From Octopus vulgaris (lineage: Eukaryota), in assembly GCA_951406725.2 (NCBI GenBank), contig OX597821.1, positions 105,834,001-105,898,000 on the forward strand: a stretch of DNA of 64,000 bases, given 5' to 3'. Positions 33,345-47,109 of this stretch are shown piece by piece. Both the position numbers and the translations under genes were made by a program. The notes under the pieces were generated by a model that was given only the letters and a program-made list of their open reading frames with translations, was not told where the DNA came from and ran no database searches. Numbering within the stretch: position 1 is the first letter of the stretch; every line of letters begins with the position of its first letter.

Positions 33345-33800
33345 GATAGTTCTTAATTATCTGTTATTCTTTAATTGAAAGCAGGCAACAACAAATCACA
33401 GAAAGTTTCAAGTAGTGCCGCCTACTCTGACACAAGCAGACAATACTCTACTTAGAATACGAGCTGTACCAAACAATGCTGTCTTCTGGATCACCTTGAG
33501 CCTGACCGCATCTCCAATATTCTTAATATTTTTGAAAGCCCTCGAAGACTGCTCCTAATGCTCCAATTTTCACCACTATCACCATTACATTCCTCATGCC
33601 CCATAACTTTCCTATCTCGTCGCGCAGTGGCTGGTATTTCTCACTCTTTCTGTTTCCTAAATTTCGAAATTATATTGAAAATTATTTTACTTTTTTTCAT
33701 CTTTATATAAATATCTGGTCGTTTGTTTATGACGTGGTCAAATTTAAAAAATTTTTGTTCTTGTTATTGCATTTTCTTTTGTAAAATTGTTGCTCTTGAG
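33345..33800 (-). mobile_element. Family D RLE remnant, garbled copy
   Basis: 33360-33660 nearly identical to 61550-61845, then mixed with satellite-like bases. Confidence 0.6.
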
Positions 33801-34796
33801 GTTTGCTGAAAAACTGGAAAAATCGTTATGATTGGTAAAATTTTCGTGGTTGGCTGGTTTGTTTGCTTGCTTACATTACGTAAAATTTTGATAATTTTTG
33901 GAGCACTAAAATTTTAGTGGTCGAAATTGGTGAAAATGACGAAAATTTTAGGTGAAAATTTCGTACATAAAAAATTTTGTATAAATTGTTCAGCTTAATT
34001 TTTTACTGAAAAACTGGATAATTTTATAAGAACGCCAAAAAGCACATGCAGCAGTGTTGATAAAATTAGTGAAGAAATCAGTGAGAAGAATCCTATATTG
34101 AAGGGCAAATTCACGATGGTGCTCCAGCATTTGCGCGACCGCGTGGCTGAAAATTGAAGAATAAAAAATAAAGGGAATAAATACTTATTTTTAGCTATTC
34201 ATAGATATGTGCATTATGGCTGCAGAAATAATTTCGAATCTATGTAACTTAAGGAGAGTAAATGGGGAAACGGTCACCATATATTGTATGAAGCCTGAAA
34301 CAGATTTAACAATTTATAAGAATGGAATAGAACACAAAAACATTGATAGAGAACAATGCAAGCAAGAATAAGAGATATGGATGTAGGGGATAATATTGGT
34401 AGTTGGAGAGAGAAATGCGAAGGATAAATAATGAGGGAATACAGAATGGTTTAGAGATTCGTCTTCAGGAGAAGACGGGGAATAATACGGAAGAAGGGGT
34501 CGATCAGTGAAACATGTTGAAGAGAAATAGGAATGAAAAGCAGGTGCAGATAAAGGAATGAATACAAATACGAAGTTAAGAGCGAGCAGTCTGGATTCAG
34601 GAAAGGAGTGAAGAAGAAAGCATATATTTTTAATAGCGTCTTGCTACGTTTGTTTACGTCTGTGAGTTTGTCTATATGTTTCTTTGACAGATGGTGTATG
34701 CATATATGCTTGTCTGTGTCCGAGTGTTTTTTATCTGCGTATTTCTGCGACTGTATATATGTATGTATCTATGTATTTATCTATGTTCCTGTATAA

Positions 34797-34837
<41 letters not shown>

Positions 34838-34838
<1 letters not shown>

Positions 34839-35052
34839 CGGGAAGCTTTATGAAGATAAACAAAAGACGAAGGCAGGTGGAATACAAACAAATAATTCTA
34901 TTAGTATGGCGCTCAGGAATATAAATAAAACAAATCTTTTACGTTTCAAGCCTACGCTCTTCAACAGAAAGATACACAGAAAAGAAACACGGAGAGAAAT
35001 AAGGAGAGAAAATAAATGCGTGCAGAAGCTAGCGAATCAACATGGCGATCTG

Positions 35053-35054
<2 letters not shown>
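34838..35054 (-). mobile_element. 217-bp (TA)n-embedded element with hammerhead motif (Penelope-like pseudo-LTR remnant), copy 1
   Basis: Flanked both sides by (TA)n; second copy at 63283-63499; contains a minimal HHR fold. Confidence 0.6.
34934..34973 (-). ncRNA. Minimal type I hammerhead ribozyme-like motif
   Basis: Minus strand AUCUUU-CUGUUGA-A-GAGC-GUAG-GCUU-GAAA-CG-UA-AAAGAU: 6-bp stem I, stem II with G:U closing pair, GUA cleavage triplet, A6U core variant. Confidence 0.55.
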
Positions 35055-35134
<80 letters not shown>

Positions 35135-35447
35135 CGGTATTAGGGTGTGTATATGTCTTGAAAAAATTACAAAAATCGATTCCAGGTGAGAATGCGATCG
35201 ATAAAGCCGTGGAAAAGTGCATTTGTACGCGCAAGTACATCAGCTGTTGCGATCGATACTACACCTACGCAACAAAATTGCTCGTGCACTTTGCGCATAT
35301 TGGAATATATAAAAAAGTTCTAGCTTTATTTCTCCTTTTGCTGGTGTCTCAAATTTAGATTAAATCAGTGTTTCCCAAAGGGGAGGCCTGTAGGACGGTC
35401 GGACAACATTTTTTGTGAAAATTTGGTTTAAAGGATTCACAATTCAC

Positions 35448-38419
35448 AAAAATTTTTGGGTAAAATCTTCCGTGAAAATTTTCGAAAAAATTATTGATGA
35501 AAATTTTTGGGTAAAATTTTCGGTGAAAACTTTTCAAAAAATTTTTGGGTAAAATTTTCTGTGAAAATTTTGGAAAAATCTTTGGGTAATATTTTAGGTG
35601 AAAATTTTCGAAATATTATTGGTTAAAATTTTGGGGTGAAATTTTCGGTGAAAACATTTGAAAAATTTTTGGGCAAAATTTTCTGTGAAAATTTTGGAAA
35701 AATTTTTGGGTAAAATCTTCGGTGAAAATTTTCGAAAAATTATTGGTGAAAATTTTTGGGTAAAATCTTCGGTGAAAATTTTCGAAAAATTTTCGCGTAA
35801 AATTTTCTGTGAAAATTTTGGAAATGTTTTTGGGTAAAATTTTCGGTGAAAATAATGGAAAAATTATTGGTGAAAATTTTTGGGTAAAATTTTTTGTGAA
35901 AACTTTTGAAAAATTTTTGGGTAATATCTTCGGGGAAAATTTTGGAAAAATTGTTGCTGAAAATTTTTGGGAAAAAATTTTCGAAAAATTTTCTGGTAAA
36001 ATTTTCGGTGAAAATTTTGGAAAAATTTTCGCGTAAAATTTTCGGTGAAAATTTTTGAAATGTTTTTGGGTAAAATTTTCGGTGAAAATATTGGAAAAAT
36101 TTTTGTGTAAAATCTTCGGTGAAAACTTTCCAAAATTTGTTGGTCAAAATTTATGGGTAAAATTTTCGGTGAAAATTTTGGAAAATTTTTGGGTAAATTT
36201 TTGGTGAAAATTTTGGAAAAATTGTTGCATAAAATTTTTCGGTAAAATTTTCGGTGAAAATTTTGGAAAAATTTTTGGATAAAATCTTCGGTGAAAATTT
36301 TCAAAAAATTATTGGTGAAAATTTTTGGGTAAAATTTTCGGTGAAAACTTCTGAAAAATTTGAAAAATTTTCTATTCATATTAATCAAAAATTTTTCCAA
36401 AATTTTCACAGAAACTTTTACCCAAAAATTTTTCAAAAGTTTTCACAGAAAATTTTACTCAAAATTTTCACCAATAATTTTTCGAAAATTTTCACCGAAG
36501 ATTTTACCCAAAAATTTTCCAAAATTCTCATCAACAATTTTTTCAAAATTTTCACCAAAGATTTTACCCAAATATTTTTCCAAAATTTTCACCAAAAATT
36601 TTACCCAAAATTTTAACAAAAATTTTTCGAAAATTTTCACTGAAGATTTTACCCAAAAATTTTTCGAAAATTTTACCCAAAAATTTTTCAAAAGTTTTCA
36701 CCGAAAATTTTACCCAAACTTTTCACGGAAAATTTTCACCAAAGATTTTACCCAAAAATTTTTCCAAAATTTTCACCAACAATTTTTCGAAAATTTTCAC
36801 CGAAGAATTTACCCAAAATTTTTCAAAAATTTTACACAAAAATTTTTCCAATATTTTCACCGAAAATTTTACACAAAAACATTTCCAAAATTTTCACAGA
36901 AAATTTTCGAAAATTATTGGTGAAAATTTTTGGGTAAAATTTTCTGTGAAAACTTTTGAAAAATTTTGGGTAAAATTTTCCGTGAAAATTTTGGAAAAAT
37001 TTTGGGTAAAATCTTCGGTGAAAATTTTTGAAAAATTATTGGTGAAAATTTTTGGGTAAAATTTTCGGTGAAAACTTTTGAAAAATTTTTGGGTGAAATT
37101 TTCGAAAAATTTTTGGGTAAAATCTACGGTGAAAATTTCCGAAAAATTTTTGGGTAAATTCTACGGTGAAAATTTTCGAAAAATTTTTGGTGAAAATATT
37201 TGGGTAAAATTTTCGGTGAAAACTTTCGAAAATTTTCACCGAAAATTTTAACCAAAAATTTTTCAAAAATTTTCACGGAACATTTTCACCAAAGATTTTA
37301 CCCAAAAATTTTTCCGAAATTTTAGCAGAAAATTTTACCCAAAATTTTTGAAAAGTTTTCTCCGAAAATTTTACCCAAAAATTTTCACCAATAATTTTTC
37401 GAAAATTTTCACCGAAGATTTTACCCAAAAATTTTCCAAAATTTTCACCAACAATTTCTCGAAAATTTTCACCAACAATTTCTCGAAAATTTTCACCGAA
37501 AATTTTACCCAAAAATTTTCACCAAAATTTTTCGAAAATTTTCAACGAAGATTTTACCCAAAAATTTTTCGAAAGTTTTACCCAATAATTTTTCAAAAGT
37601 TTTCACCGAAAATTTTACCCAAAAATTTTCACCAAAATTATTCGAAAATTTTCACCGAAGATTTTACCCAAAAATTTTTCGAAAGTTTTACCCAAAAATA
37701 TTTCAAAAGTTTACACCGAAAATTTTACCCAAAAGCATTTCCAAAATTTTTACCGAAAATTTTACCCGAAAATTTTTCTAAAATTTTCACCGAAAATTTT
37801 ACCCAAAAATTTTGACCAACAATTTTTCGAAAATTTTCACCCAAATATTTTTCAAAAATTTTCACACAAAATTTTACCCAAAAATTTTTCAAAAGTTTTC
37901 ACAGAAAATTTTACCAAAAAAAATTTTCACCAAAAATTTTCACCAAAGATTTTCCCCAAAAATTTTTTCACCGTAGATTTTACCCAAAAATTTTTCGAAA
38001 ATTTTACCCAAAAATATTTCAAAAATTTTCACCGATGATTTTACCCAAAAATCTTGTGAAAATTTAAAAAAAAATTGTTGCTGAAAATTTTTGGGTAAAA
38101 TTTTCGAAATAATTTTGGAAAGATTTTCTGTGAAAATTTTGGAAAAATTTTCGGGTAAAATTTTCGGTGAAAATTTCGGAAATGTTTTTGGGTAAAATTT
38201 TCGGTGAAAATATTCGAAAAATTTTTGTGTAAAATTTTCGAAATATTTTTGGGTAAAATTTTCGAAAAATTTTTGGGTATAATCTTCGGTGAAAACTTTC
38301 GAAAAATTGGTGAAAATTTTTGGGTAAAATTATCGGTGAAAATTTTGGAAAAATTTTTGGGCAAAATATTTGGTGAAAATTTTGGAAAAATTGCTGGTTA
38401 AAATTTTTTAACCAGCAAT
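35448..38419. repeat. AT-rich satellite block 4
   Basis: About 35850-38419 directly duplicates about 12200-14730, including inversion points and terminal hairpin. Confidence 0.95.
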
Positions 38420-38519
38420 ATATATATATACATATATATATGTGTATATTTAATTACACACTCACTTGTGTGTATGTATCCATCCATATACGCATCCTAC
38501 ATGCGGAGCCATGTATATA

Positions 38520-38566
<47 letters not shown>

Positions 38567-38603
38567 ATGTATATACTTCTGTGTGTGCGTATGCATGCGC
38601 GCA

Positions 38604-40149
38604 CACGCTATTCTCGTCTCCATATATAGAAACCTATACATATCTGGAGCCGGCATATGCTTTTTCCTGCTTTTTCCTGTTATTTTTAAGGAATTGATTC
38701 CCTGTTATGTCTTTCACGCTATTCTCGTCTCCATATATAGAAACCTATACATATCTGGAGCCCATGCTTTTTCCTGTGTTATTTTTAAGGAATTGATTCC
38801 CTGTTATGTCTTTCACGCTATTCTCGTCTCCATATATAGAAACCTATACATATCTGGAGCCCATGCTTTTTCCTGTGTTATTTTTAAGGAATTGATTCCC
38901 TGTTATGTCTTTCACGCTATTCTCGTCTCCATATATAGAAACCTATACATATCTGGAGCCCATGCTTTTTCCTGTGTTATTTTTAAGGAATTGATTCCCT
39001 GTTATGTCTTTCACGCTATTCTCGTCTCCATATATAGAAACCTATACATATCTGGAGCCTATGCTTTTTCCTGTGTTATTTTTAAGGAATTGATTCCCTG
39101 TTATGTCTTTCACGCTATTCTCGTCTCCATATATAGAAACCTATACATATCTGGAGCCCATGCTTTTTCCTGTGTTATTTTTAAGGAATTGATTCCCTGT
39201 TATGTCTTTCACGCTATTCTCGTCTCCATATATAGAAACCTATACATATCTGGAGCCCATGCTTTTTCCTGTGTTATTTTTATGGAATTGATTCCCTGTT
39301 ATGTCTTTCACGCTATTCTCGTCTCCATATATAGAAACCTATACATATCTGGAGCCCATGCTTTTTCCTGTGTTATTTTTAAGGAATTGATTCCCTGTTA
39401 TGTCTTTCACGCTATTCTCGTCTCCATATATAGAAACCTATACATATCTGGAGCCCATGCTTTTTCCTGTGTTATTTTTAAGGAATTGATTCCCTGTTAT
39501 GTCTTTCACGCTATTCTCGTCTCTATATATAGAAACCTATACATATCTGGAGCCCATGCTTTTTCCTGTGTTATTTTTAAGGAATTGATTCCCTGTTATG
39601 TCTTTCACGCTATTCTCGTCTCCATATATAGAAACCTATACATATCTGGAGCCCATGCTTTTTCCTGTGTTATTTTTAAGGAATTGGTTCCCTGTTATGT
39701 CTTTCACGCTATTCTCGTCTCCATATATAGAAACCTATACATATCTGGAGCCCATGCTTTTTCCTGTGTTATTTTTAAGGAATTGATTCCCTGTTATGTC
39801 TTTCACGCTATTCTCGTCTCCATATATAGAAACCTATACATATCTGGAGCCCATGCTTTTTCCTGTGTTATTTTTAAGGAATTGATTCCCTGTTATGTCT
39901 TTCACGCTATTCTCGTCTCCATATATAGAAACCTATACATATCTGGAGCCCATGCTTTTTCCTGTGTTATTTTTAAGGAATTGATTCCCTGTTATGTCTT
40001 TCACGCTATTCTCGTCTCCATATATAGAAACCTATACATATCTGGAGCCCATGCTTTTTCCTGTGTTATTTTTAAGGAATTGATTCCCTGTTATGTCTTT
40101 CACGCTATTCTCGTGCTCCATATATAGAAACCTATACATATCTGGAGCC
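38604..40149. repeat. 99-bp minisatellite, array 3 (about 15.5 copies)
   Basis: Units every 99 bp from 38714 to 40100, plus an imperfect first unit from 38604; a few SNPs. Confidence 0.96.
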
Positions 40150-40294
40150 TTTTTATTATGTCTTTTTTCCTGTGTTATTTTTATAGGAATTGATTCCTGT
40201 TGAAAACTAAAGTTATTTTGCATTCTAAGGAATTTCGTCTTATTCATTTATTCACTGTTATTATTGTTGTTGTTGTTAATTGTTGTTATTCTTG

Positions 40295-40332
<38 letters not shown>

Positions 40333-40499
40333 AATAATAATAATAATTATTATTATTATTATTATTAATAATAATTATTATCATCATTATTATTATTATC
40401 ATCATTATTATTATTATTATTATTATTAATATTATTATCATTATTATATTTATTATCATTATTATCATTATTATTATAATTGTTATTATTATTATTATT

Positions 40500-41079
40500 G
40501 AGTGAGAGAGCAGTTCATGCCATCAAAGTGACACTGGGGTAAAATATACGAAGCCCAATATACCCATCATGACTACCCGTCTGATAAAGGTACACCAGGC
40601 ACATGCATCACAACCATATGCGCGACATGGTGATCTCATATCAAGATAAACAGCACATGACCTTGCAGGTGGGGCCCAGTTAGAATTTTCTTCAGGTTGA
40701 GTAGCCCATCCCGCTCAAACGGTCCCTGAATAAGGTTTGTTTAAGGATGTTGAAAGAACCACCCATGTTTCCAGAGGTGAACTATTCAAACCCCAAAGAA
40801 TCCCTCTCAACACATGGCTATGATGCTCCCCCACTACTTCTGCTCGTGATCAGAGATGCACATATCGTCAGCCACTAAGGGACATGCTCAACTGGTTAGG
40901 GTCAAACAACTGAGAAGCAAATCTGTGGTATTGAGCAGAATATTTGCTGTAGCCCATCTTTTATACCAAGACAAAACAATGTACATGATAACACTTCCAA
41001 TCAGTTAAGATCAGAAGCCATGAGAGCCACTGCCTGGTACTGCATCAGGGCATAGCCACTGCCTGGTACTGCATCAGGG

Positions 41080-41080
<1 letters not shown>
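40500..41080. mobile_element. Non-coding element E, copy 2
   Basis: Near-identical to 1417-1997, including the terminal 29-bp duplication; (ATT)n on both sides. Confidence 0.7.
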
Positions 41081-41148
<68 letters not shown>

Positions 41149-41161
41149 TATTATTATTATT

Positions 41162-41834
41162 CAGTAGTTTTATAGCGTGCTTTCACTTCACTACCGAGCG
41201 CAGCTCTGTGTGCCTTGGGTATGTGCTGTAATTTGTTGTGATGCTCTGATGGTTATTGTATGGAAAGTGTTCTGCGTAGGATGTGTGCAGTGCCTAGTAG
41301 TGCAATTTTCTGTATGTTATATGTGTTTGTAAGTCCTGGTGTTCTTGTTATGTATTTGTCTGAATATTTTTTATCATGCCTAATGCACCTACTATGATAG
41401 GAATTGTTTCTGTTTTTAGATTCCACATTCTGGTTACCTCCATTTCCAGGTCTTTGTATTTTGAGAGTTTCTCCATTTCTTTTAGAGAAACGTTGTCATC
41501 TGCCGGTATTGATACATCAAATAGAAAGCATTTTTTTCTTCATGATCTTTGACAACTATATCTGGTCTGTTGTCCTTAATTTCTCTATCTGTGTGTATCG
41601 GCATATCCCAAAGTATGGTTGCTTTTTCGTTTTATGTGACCTTTTCTGGTGTGTGCCTATACCATCTTTTTTCTGTTGTTATTTCATAATGTTGGCATAG
41701 CTTCCAGTGTATGTAGGTTCCAACTCTGTCATGTCTGTGAATATATTCCTTCTTAGCCAGGACTGGGCAGCCAGAGATAATATGATTTATTGTTTCTTGT
41801 CCATCCCCACATATTCTGCAGTTACTTGTTATAT
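41162..41834 (-). mobile_element. Family B truncated RLE element, copy 4
   Basis: Near-identical to 3158-3836. Confidence 0.9.
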
Positions 41835-41845
41835 TGAAATTATTA

Positions 41846-41925
<80 letters not shown>

Positions 41926-43306
41926 GTCATTTACTTTTAATCTGCATGTTTGATGCAATCACTTGCCGGGGCACACCCAGCTCCCTAGGGCAAGTGAAGG
42001 TTAAGAGTTGTTGAAATATAGCTGAAAGCTTGGGGAGGGGAAGTAGAGAAATATCTCCATGTAATACAAACACAAACATTTACATTGATAGGATTTTTCT
42101 AAGGATGTGGGCAGTACTTGTTAGCACAATCTTTTGGATTTCCTTGAGACATGGTTCTCCAGGGATATTGTCTAGGTGTTTCTGACATCCCTTTTTTATC
42201 ATACCTAGGGCACCTACAATAACAGGAACAGTTTTTGTTTTAAGATTCCACATCTTTTCTATTTCGATTTCCAGGTCCTTATATTTACTAAGTTTGTCAA
42301 ATTCCTTTACAGATACATTTTTATCAGTGGGGACGCTTACCTCTATTAGTCTGCAGGTATTTTCTTCCCTGTCTTTAACAATTATGTCTGGTCGATTAGC
42401 CTTGATCGTTCTGTCAGTGTTGGCTGGAAAATCCCAGAGGATGGTGACATCCTTACCTTCAACAACTGGCTGAGGATGGTGTTCATACTAGTTAGCGGGA
42501 GTGTCGAATTTGTAGTGTTTACATATCTTCCAATGTATATACTGTCCTACACTATCGTGGCGATTTTTGTATTCGTTTGGTGTCAGCACAGGACATCCCG
42601 AAACGAGATGGTCTATCGTTTCGTCAAATGTGTCGCAGAATCTGCATTTAGGGTCAGTACCGCTTCGGAGAACGTTAGCCTGGTAATTTCTGGTAAACAA
42701 GCTTTGATCTTGTGCTGCCATTATGAAGCCTTCAGTCTCTGCTTTCAATCCAGAACTTTTCAGCCACTGATGGGTTGTTGCTTGGTCTACATCAGCATTT
42801 TGGCTTCGGAGAATATATTGTCCATGCAGGGGCTTCTGGCTCCACCGCCTCTCAATTTCATTCTGCCCGTTGTTTTTTGCAGTCTGCTTGATTCGCTTTG
42901 CTTGCTTAGTAGCAGTGGTTTCCGGCTTTTCATCTGATTCAAGTTTAATGTCTAGTTCCCTTTCGAAATTATAGGCTTCCTTGACAATAGAATGCAGCTT
43001 TTTGCTGCTTTCGTGTTCGCACACAAGTCGCAGCATCCAGTCCTTTGTACTAGATAGGTACCTGTTCATTCCTACAGTAGAGGTCTTATATCACAGCTCT
43101 AATTGCATCATTCCTCTCCCCCCGCTGCTTCTAGGTAGGTACAGGCGGTCTACATCTGCCTTAGGGTGGTGCATGCTCTTGGATGTCAGTAATTTTCTTG
43201 TCTTCCTGTCCAAGCGTTCGAGTTCCTTAAGGTTCCAGTTAATGATGTTAAAACTGTACTGGACTACTGAAAGCGCCAGGGTGTTAATGGCCTCAATGCA
43301 ATTTTT
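41926..43306 (-). mobile_element. Family A copy 4, 3' fragment (RT C-terminus, CCHC, RLE, 3' UTR)
   Basis: Matches copy-1 3935-5316; C6 run gives the canonical LYLPRSSGGRG; interrupted by satellite at 43307. Confidence 0.9.
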
Positions 43307-44050
43307 CGAAAAATTGTTGGTGAAAATTTTGGGATAAAATTTTCGGTGAAATCTTTTGAAAAATTTTTGGGTAAAATTTTCGGTGAAAATTTTCGAAAAA
43401 TTGTTGGTGAAAATTTTTGGGTAAAATTTTGTCAAAATTTCGGAAAATTTTTGGGTAAAATCTACGGTGAAAATTTTCGAAAAATTGTTGGTGAAAATTT
43501 TTGGATAAAATTTTGGGTGAAATCTTTTGAAAAATTTTTGGGTAAAATTTTCGGTGAAAATTTTCGAAAAATTGTTGGTGAAAATTTTTGGTTAAAATTT
43601 TCGGTGAAAACTTTTGAAAAATTTTTGGGTAAAATCTTCGGTGAAAATTTTCGAAAAATTGTTGGTGAAAATTTTTGGATAAAATTTTCGGTGAAATCTT
43701 TTGAAAAATTTTTGGGTAAAATTTTCGGTGAAAATTTTCGAAAAATTGTTGGTGAAAATTTTTGGGTAAAATTTTCTGTCAAAATTTCGGAAAAATTTTT
43801 GGGTAAAATCTACGGTGAAAATTTTCGAAAAATTTTTGGTGAAAATTTTTGTGTAAAATTTTCTGTGAAAATTCCGGAAAAATTTTTGGGTAAAATTTTG
43901 GAAAAATTGTTGGTGAAAATCTTTGGGTAAAATTTTCTGTGAAAATTCCGGAAAAATTTTTGGGTAAAATCTTCGGCGAAAATTTTCGAAAAATTATTGG
44001 TGAAAATTTTTGGGTAAAATTTTCTGTTAAAATTTCGGAAAAATTGACAT
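43307..44050. repeat. Satellite block 5 replacing the RT core of copy 4
   Basis: 744 bp of satellite in place of copy-1 bases 5317-6260, which include YMDD. Confidence 0.9.
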
Positions 44051-45142
44051 CAGACAGAGATGCAGCGAGATCTTCGTGTACCTCTGTCAAACAATTCAGC
44101 CAGAAGTTAGGGATCCGATCCAGTCCTGGGGTTTTCCATTTATGAGCCTTCCTAAGGACACACCTTAGCTCCTCTATTCCTATTGCTTCCCATTTCTGTT
44201 CTTCAAGTTCATCCAGTCTCTCTTTCTCACGTTCTATCCAGTCAGCCTCAGCATTAAACTCTTTTTCGTTGCTCCATACCTTCTTCCAGAACTCATCCAC
44301 TTCCTCAATCTTAGGTGGATCTTCTATGTGTATTTTATTTTTGCCAATTTCCCTATAAAATTTCTTTGCATCTATCTTAAAAAATTTATTTTGTCGATAA
44401 AATTTGTTTCTTTTGTCATACCTTCTAAGCCGTTGGGCTTTCAACTGTATCCGTTGTTTCAACAGTTCCTTACTTGCAGGGAGGTTTATGAGATCTTTAA
44501 TTTTATGTTTTTACTTGATTTTTCTTGCTTTTCTCGACTTAATATTCACTCCTCTAGCAAGCTCATCGAGAACTGAAACATCCGCGCGCAGAGATTCAAT
44601 CTCGTTTTGTATCGCTACTTTCCACTTAGGAGGTTCATTGACATGCCTGGCCTTTTTCTTTGTCATCTTAATACCTAGTTGGGTAGTTACTACTTTAGCA
44701 GTGGAATAAATGAGATTATTTAAGGTTGTCAAATCATTCCCCTTATTTCTTAAGATCTGTCCTAGGGCAACGTTATATGTCATGATTGTGTTGCTATTTC
44801 TTGTGCCATTTGAAAACTTTGGTAGTGGTTCTCTATTAACCATGTCAGTGAGCTCAATCTTGCCGAGTTCTCTCATAATGTCCACTTTTGCTTCCATAAT
44901 CTTTTCTCTATTATTCACCTCAAATTCTATGTCATATCTATTTTGGTTTTCTTGAGGAAGGTCTACGTTCTCCTCTTTTTCAAATCTCTCGTCTTCGCTA
45001 TCCTTTGTTTAACTTCCCCATTGGGAAGTTGATTTGCCGCTTGTACACTGGCTTCTATGCTACTGTTACCTATTTCGGCTACATCGTTGCTGTGTTCTTT
45101 TAGTCTACCATGAGCTATTAGTGTCCTAATTTTGTCAATTTC
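44051..45142 (-). mobile_element. Family A copy 4, middle fragment
   Basis: Matches copy-1 6261 to about 7353; same TAA stop after KARKIK. Confidence 0.9.
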
Positions 45143-47109
45143 GGTGAAAATTTTCCAAAAATTATTCGTGAAAATTTTTGGGTAAAATTTTCGTTGAAAA
45201 TTTTGGAAAAATTTTCGGGTAAAATTTTCGGTGAAAATTTTGGAAATGTTTTTGGGTAAAATTATCGGTAAAAATATCTGAAAAATTTTTGTGTAAAATT
45301 TTCGAAAATTTTTGGGTAAAATCATCGGTAAAAATTTTCGAAGAATTATTGGTGAAAATTTTTGTGTAAAATTTTCGGTGAAAACTTTTGAAAAATTTTT
45401 TGGTAAAATTTTCTGTGAAAAGTTTGGAAAAATTTTTGGTAAAATCTTCGGTGAAACCTTTTGAAAAATTTTGAAAAATTGTTGGTCAAAATTTTTGGGT
45501 AAAATTTTCGAAAATTTTTGGGTAAAATCTTCGGTGAAAATTTTCGAAAAATTGTTGGTGAAAATTTTTGATAAAATTTTCGGTGAAATCTTTTGAAAAA
45601 TTTTTGGGTAAAATTTTCGGTGAAAATTTTCGAAAAATTGTTGGTGAAAATTTTTGGGTAAAATCTTCGGCGAAAATTTTAGAAAAATTATTGGTGAATA
45701 CTTAGAATACGAGGAAAAATCTTCGGGTAAAATTCTCGGTGATAATTTTGGAAATGTCTTTGGGTAAAATTTTCGGTGAAAATATTGGAAAAATTTTTGT
45801 GTAAAATTTTCGAAAAATTTTTGTGGAAAATCTTCGGTGAAAATTTTCGAAAAATTATTGGTGAAAATTTTTGGGTTAAATTTTCGGTGAAAACTTTTGA
45901 AAAATATTTGGGTAAAATTTTCTGTCAAAATTTTGGAAAAATTTTTGGGTAAAATCTTCGGTGAAAATTTTCCAAAAATTATTCGTGAAAATTTTTGGGT
46001 AAAATTTTCGTTGAAAATTTTGGAAAAATTTTCGGGTAAAATTTTCGGTGAAAATTTTGGAAATGTTTTTGGGTAAAATTTTCGGTAAAAATATCTGAAA
46101 AATTTTTGTGTAAAATTTTCGAAAAATTTTTGGGTAAAATCATCGGTAAAAATTTTCGAAGAATTATTGGTGAAAATTTTTGTGTAAAATTTTCGGTGAA
46201 AACTTTTGAAAAATTTTTTGGTAAAATTTTCTGTGAAAAGTTTGGAAAAATTTTTGGTAAAATCTTCGGTGAAACCTTTTGAAAAATTTTTGAAAAATTG
46301 TTGGTCAAAATTTTTGGGTAAAATTTTCGAAAAATTTTTGGGTAAAATCTTCGGTGAAAATTTTCGAAAAATTGTTGGTGAAAATTTTGGGATAAAATTT
46401 TCGGTGAAATCTTTTGAAAAATTTTTGGGTAAAATTTTCGGAGAAAATTTTCGAAAAATTGTTGGTGAAAATTTTTGGGTAAAATTTTGTCAAAATTTCG
46501 GAAAAATTTTTGGGTAAAATCTACGGTGAAAATTTTCGAAAAATTGTTGGTGAAAATTTTTGGATAAAATTTTGGGTGAAATCTTTTGAAAAATTTTTGG
46601 GTAAAATTTTCGGTGAAAATTTTCGAAAAATTGTTGGTGAAAATTTTTGGTTAAAATTTTCGGTGAAAACTTTTGAAAAATTTTTGGGTAAAATCTTCGG
46701 TGAAAATTTTCGAAAAATTGTTGGTGAAAATTTTTGGATAAAATTTTCGGTGAAATCTTTTGAAAAATTTTTGGGTAAAATTTTCGGTGAAAATTTTCGA
46801 AAAATTGTTGGTGAAAATTTTTGGGTAAAATTTTCTGTCAAAATTTCGGAAAAATTTTTGGGTAAAATCTACGGTGAAAATTTTCGAAAAATTTTTGGTG
46901 AAAATTTTTGTGTAAAATTTTCTGTGAAAATTCCGGAAAAATTTTTGGGTAAAATTTTGGAAAAATTGTTGGTGAAAATCTTTGGGTAAAATTTTCTGTG
47001 AAAATTCCGGAAAAATTTTTGGGTAAAATCTTCGGCGAAAATTTTCGAAAAATTATTGGTGAAAATTTTTGGGTAAAATTTTCTGTTAAAATTTCGGAAA
47101 AATTGACAT
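45143..47109. repeat. AT-rich satellite block 6
   Basis: Same modules; its last about 740 bp repeat block 5. Confidence 0.93.

Noticed and set aside
34608-35358. 224-aa ORF and neighbours (also 63049-63775)
   Set aside because: Run through (TA)n tracts, frames differ between the two paralogues and no recognisable domain.
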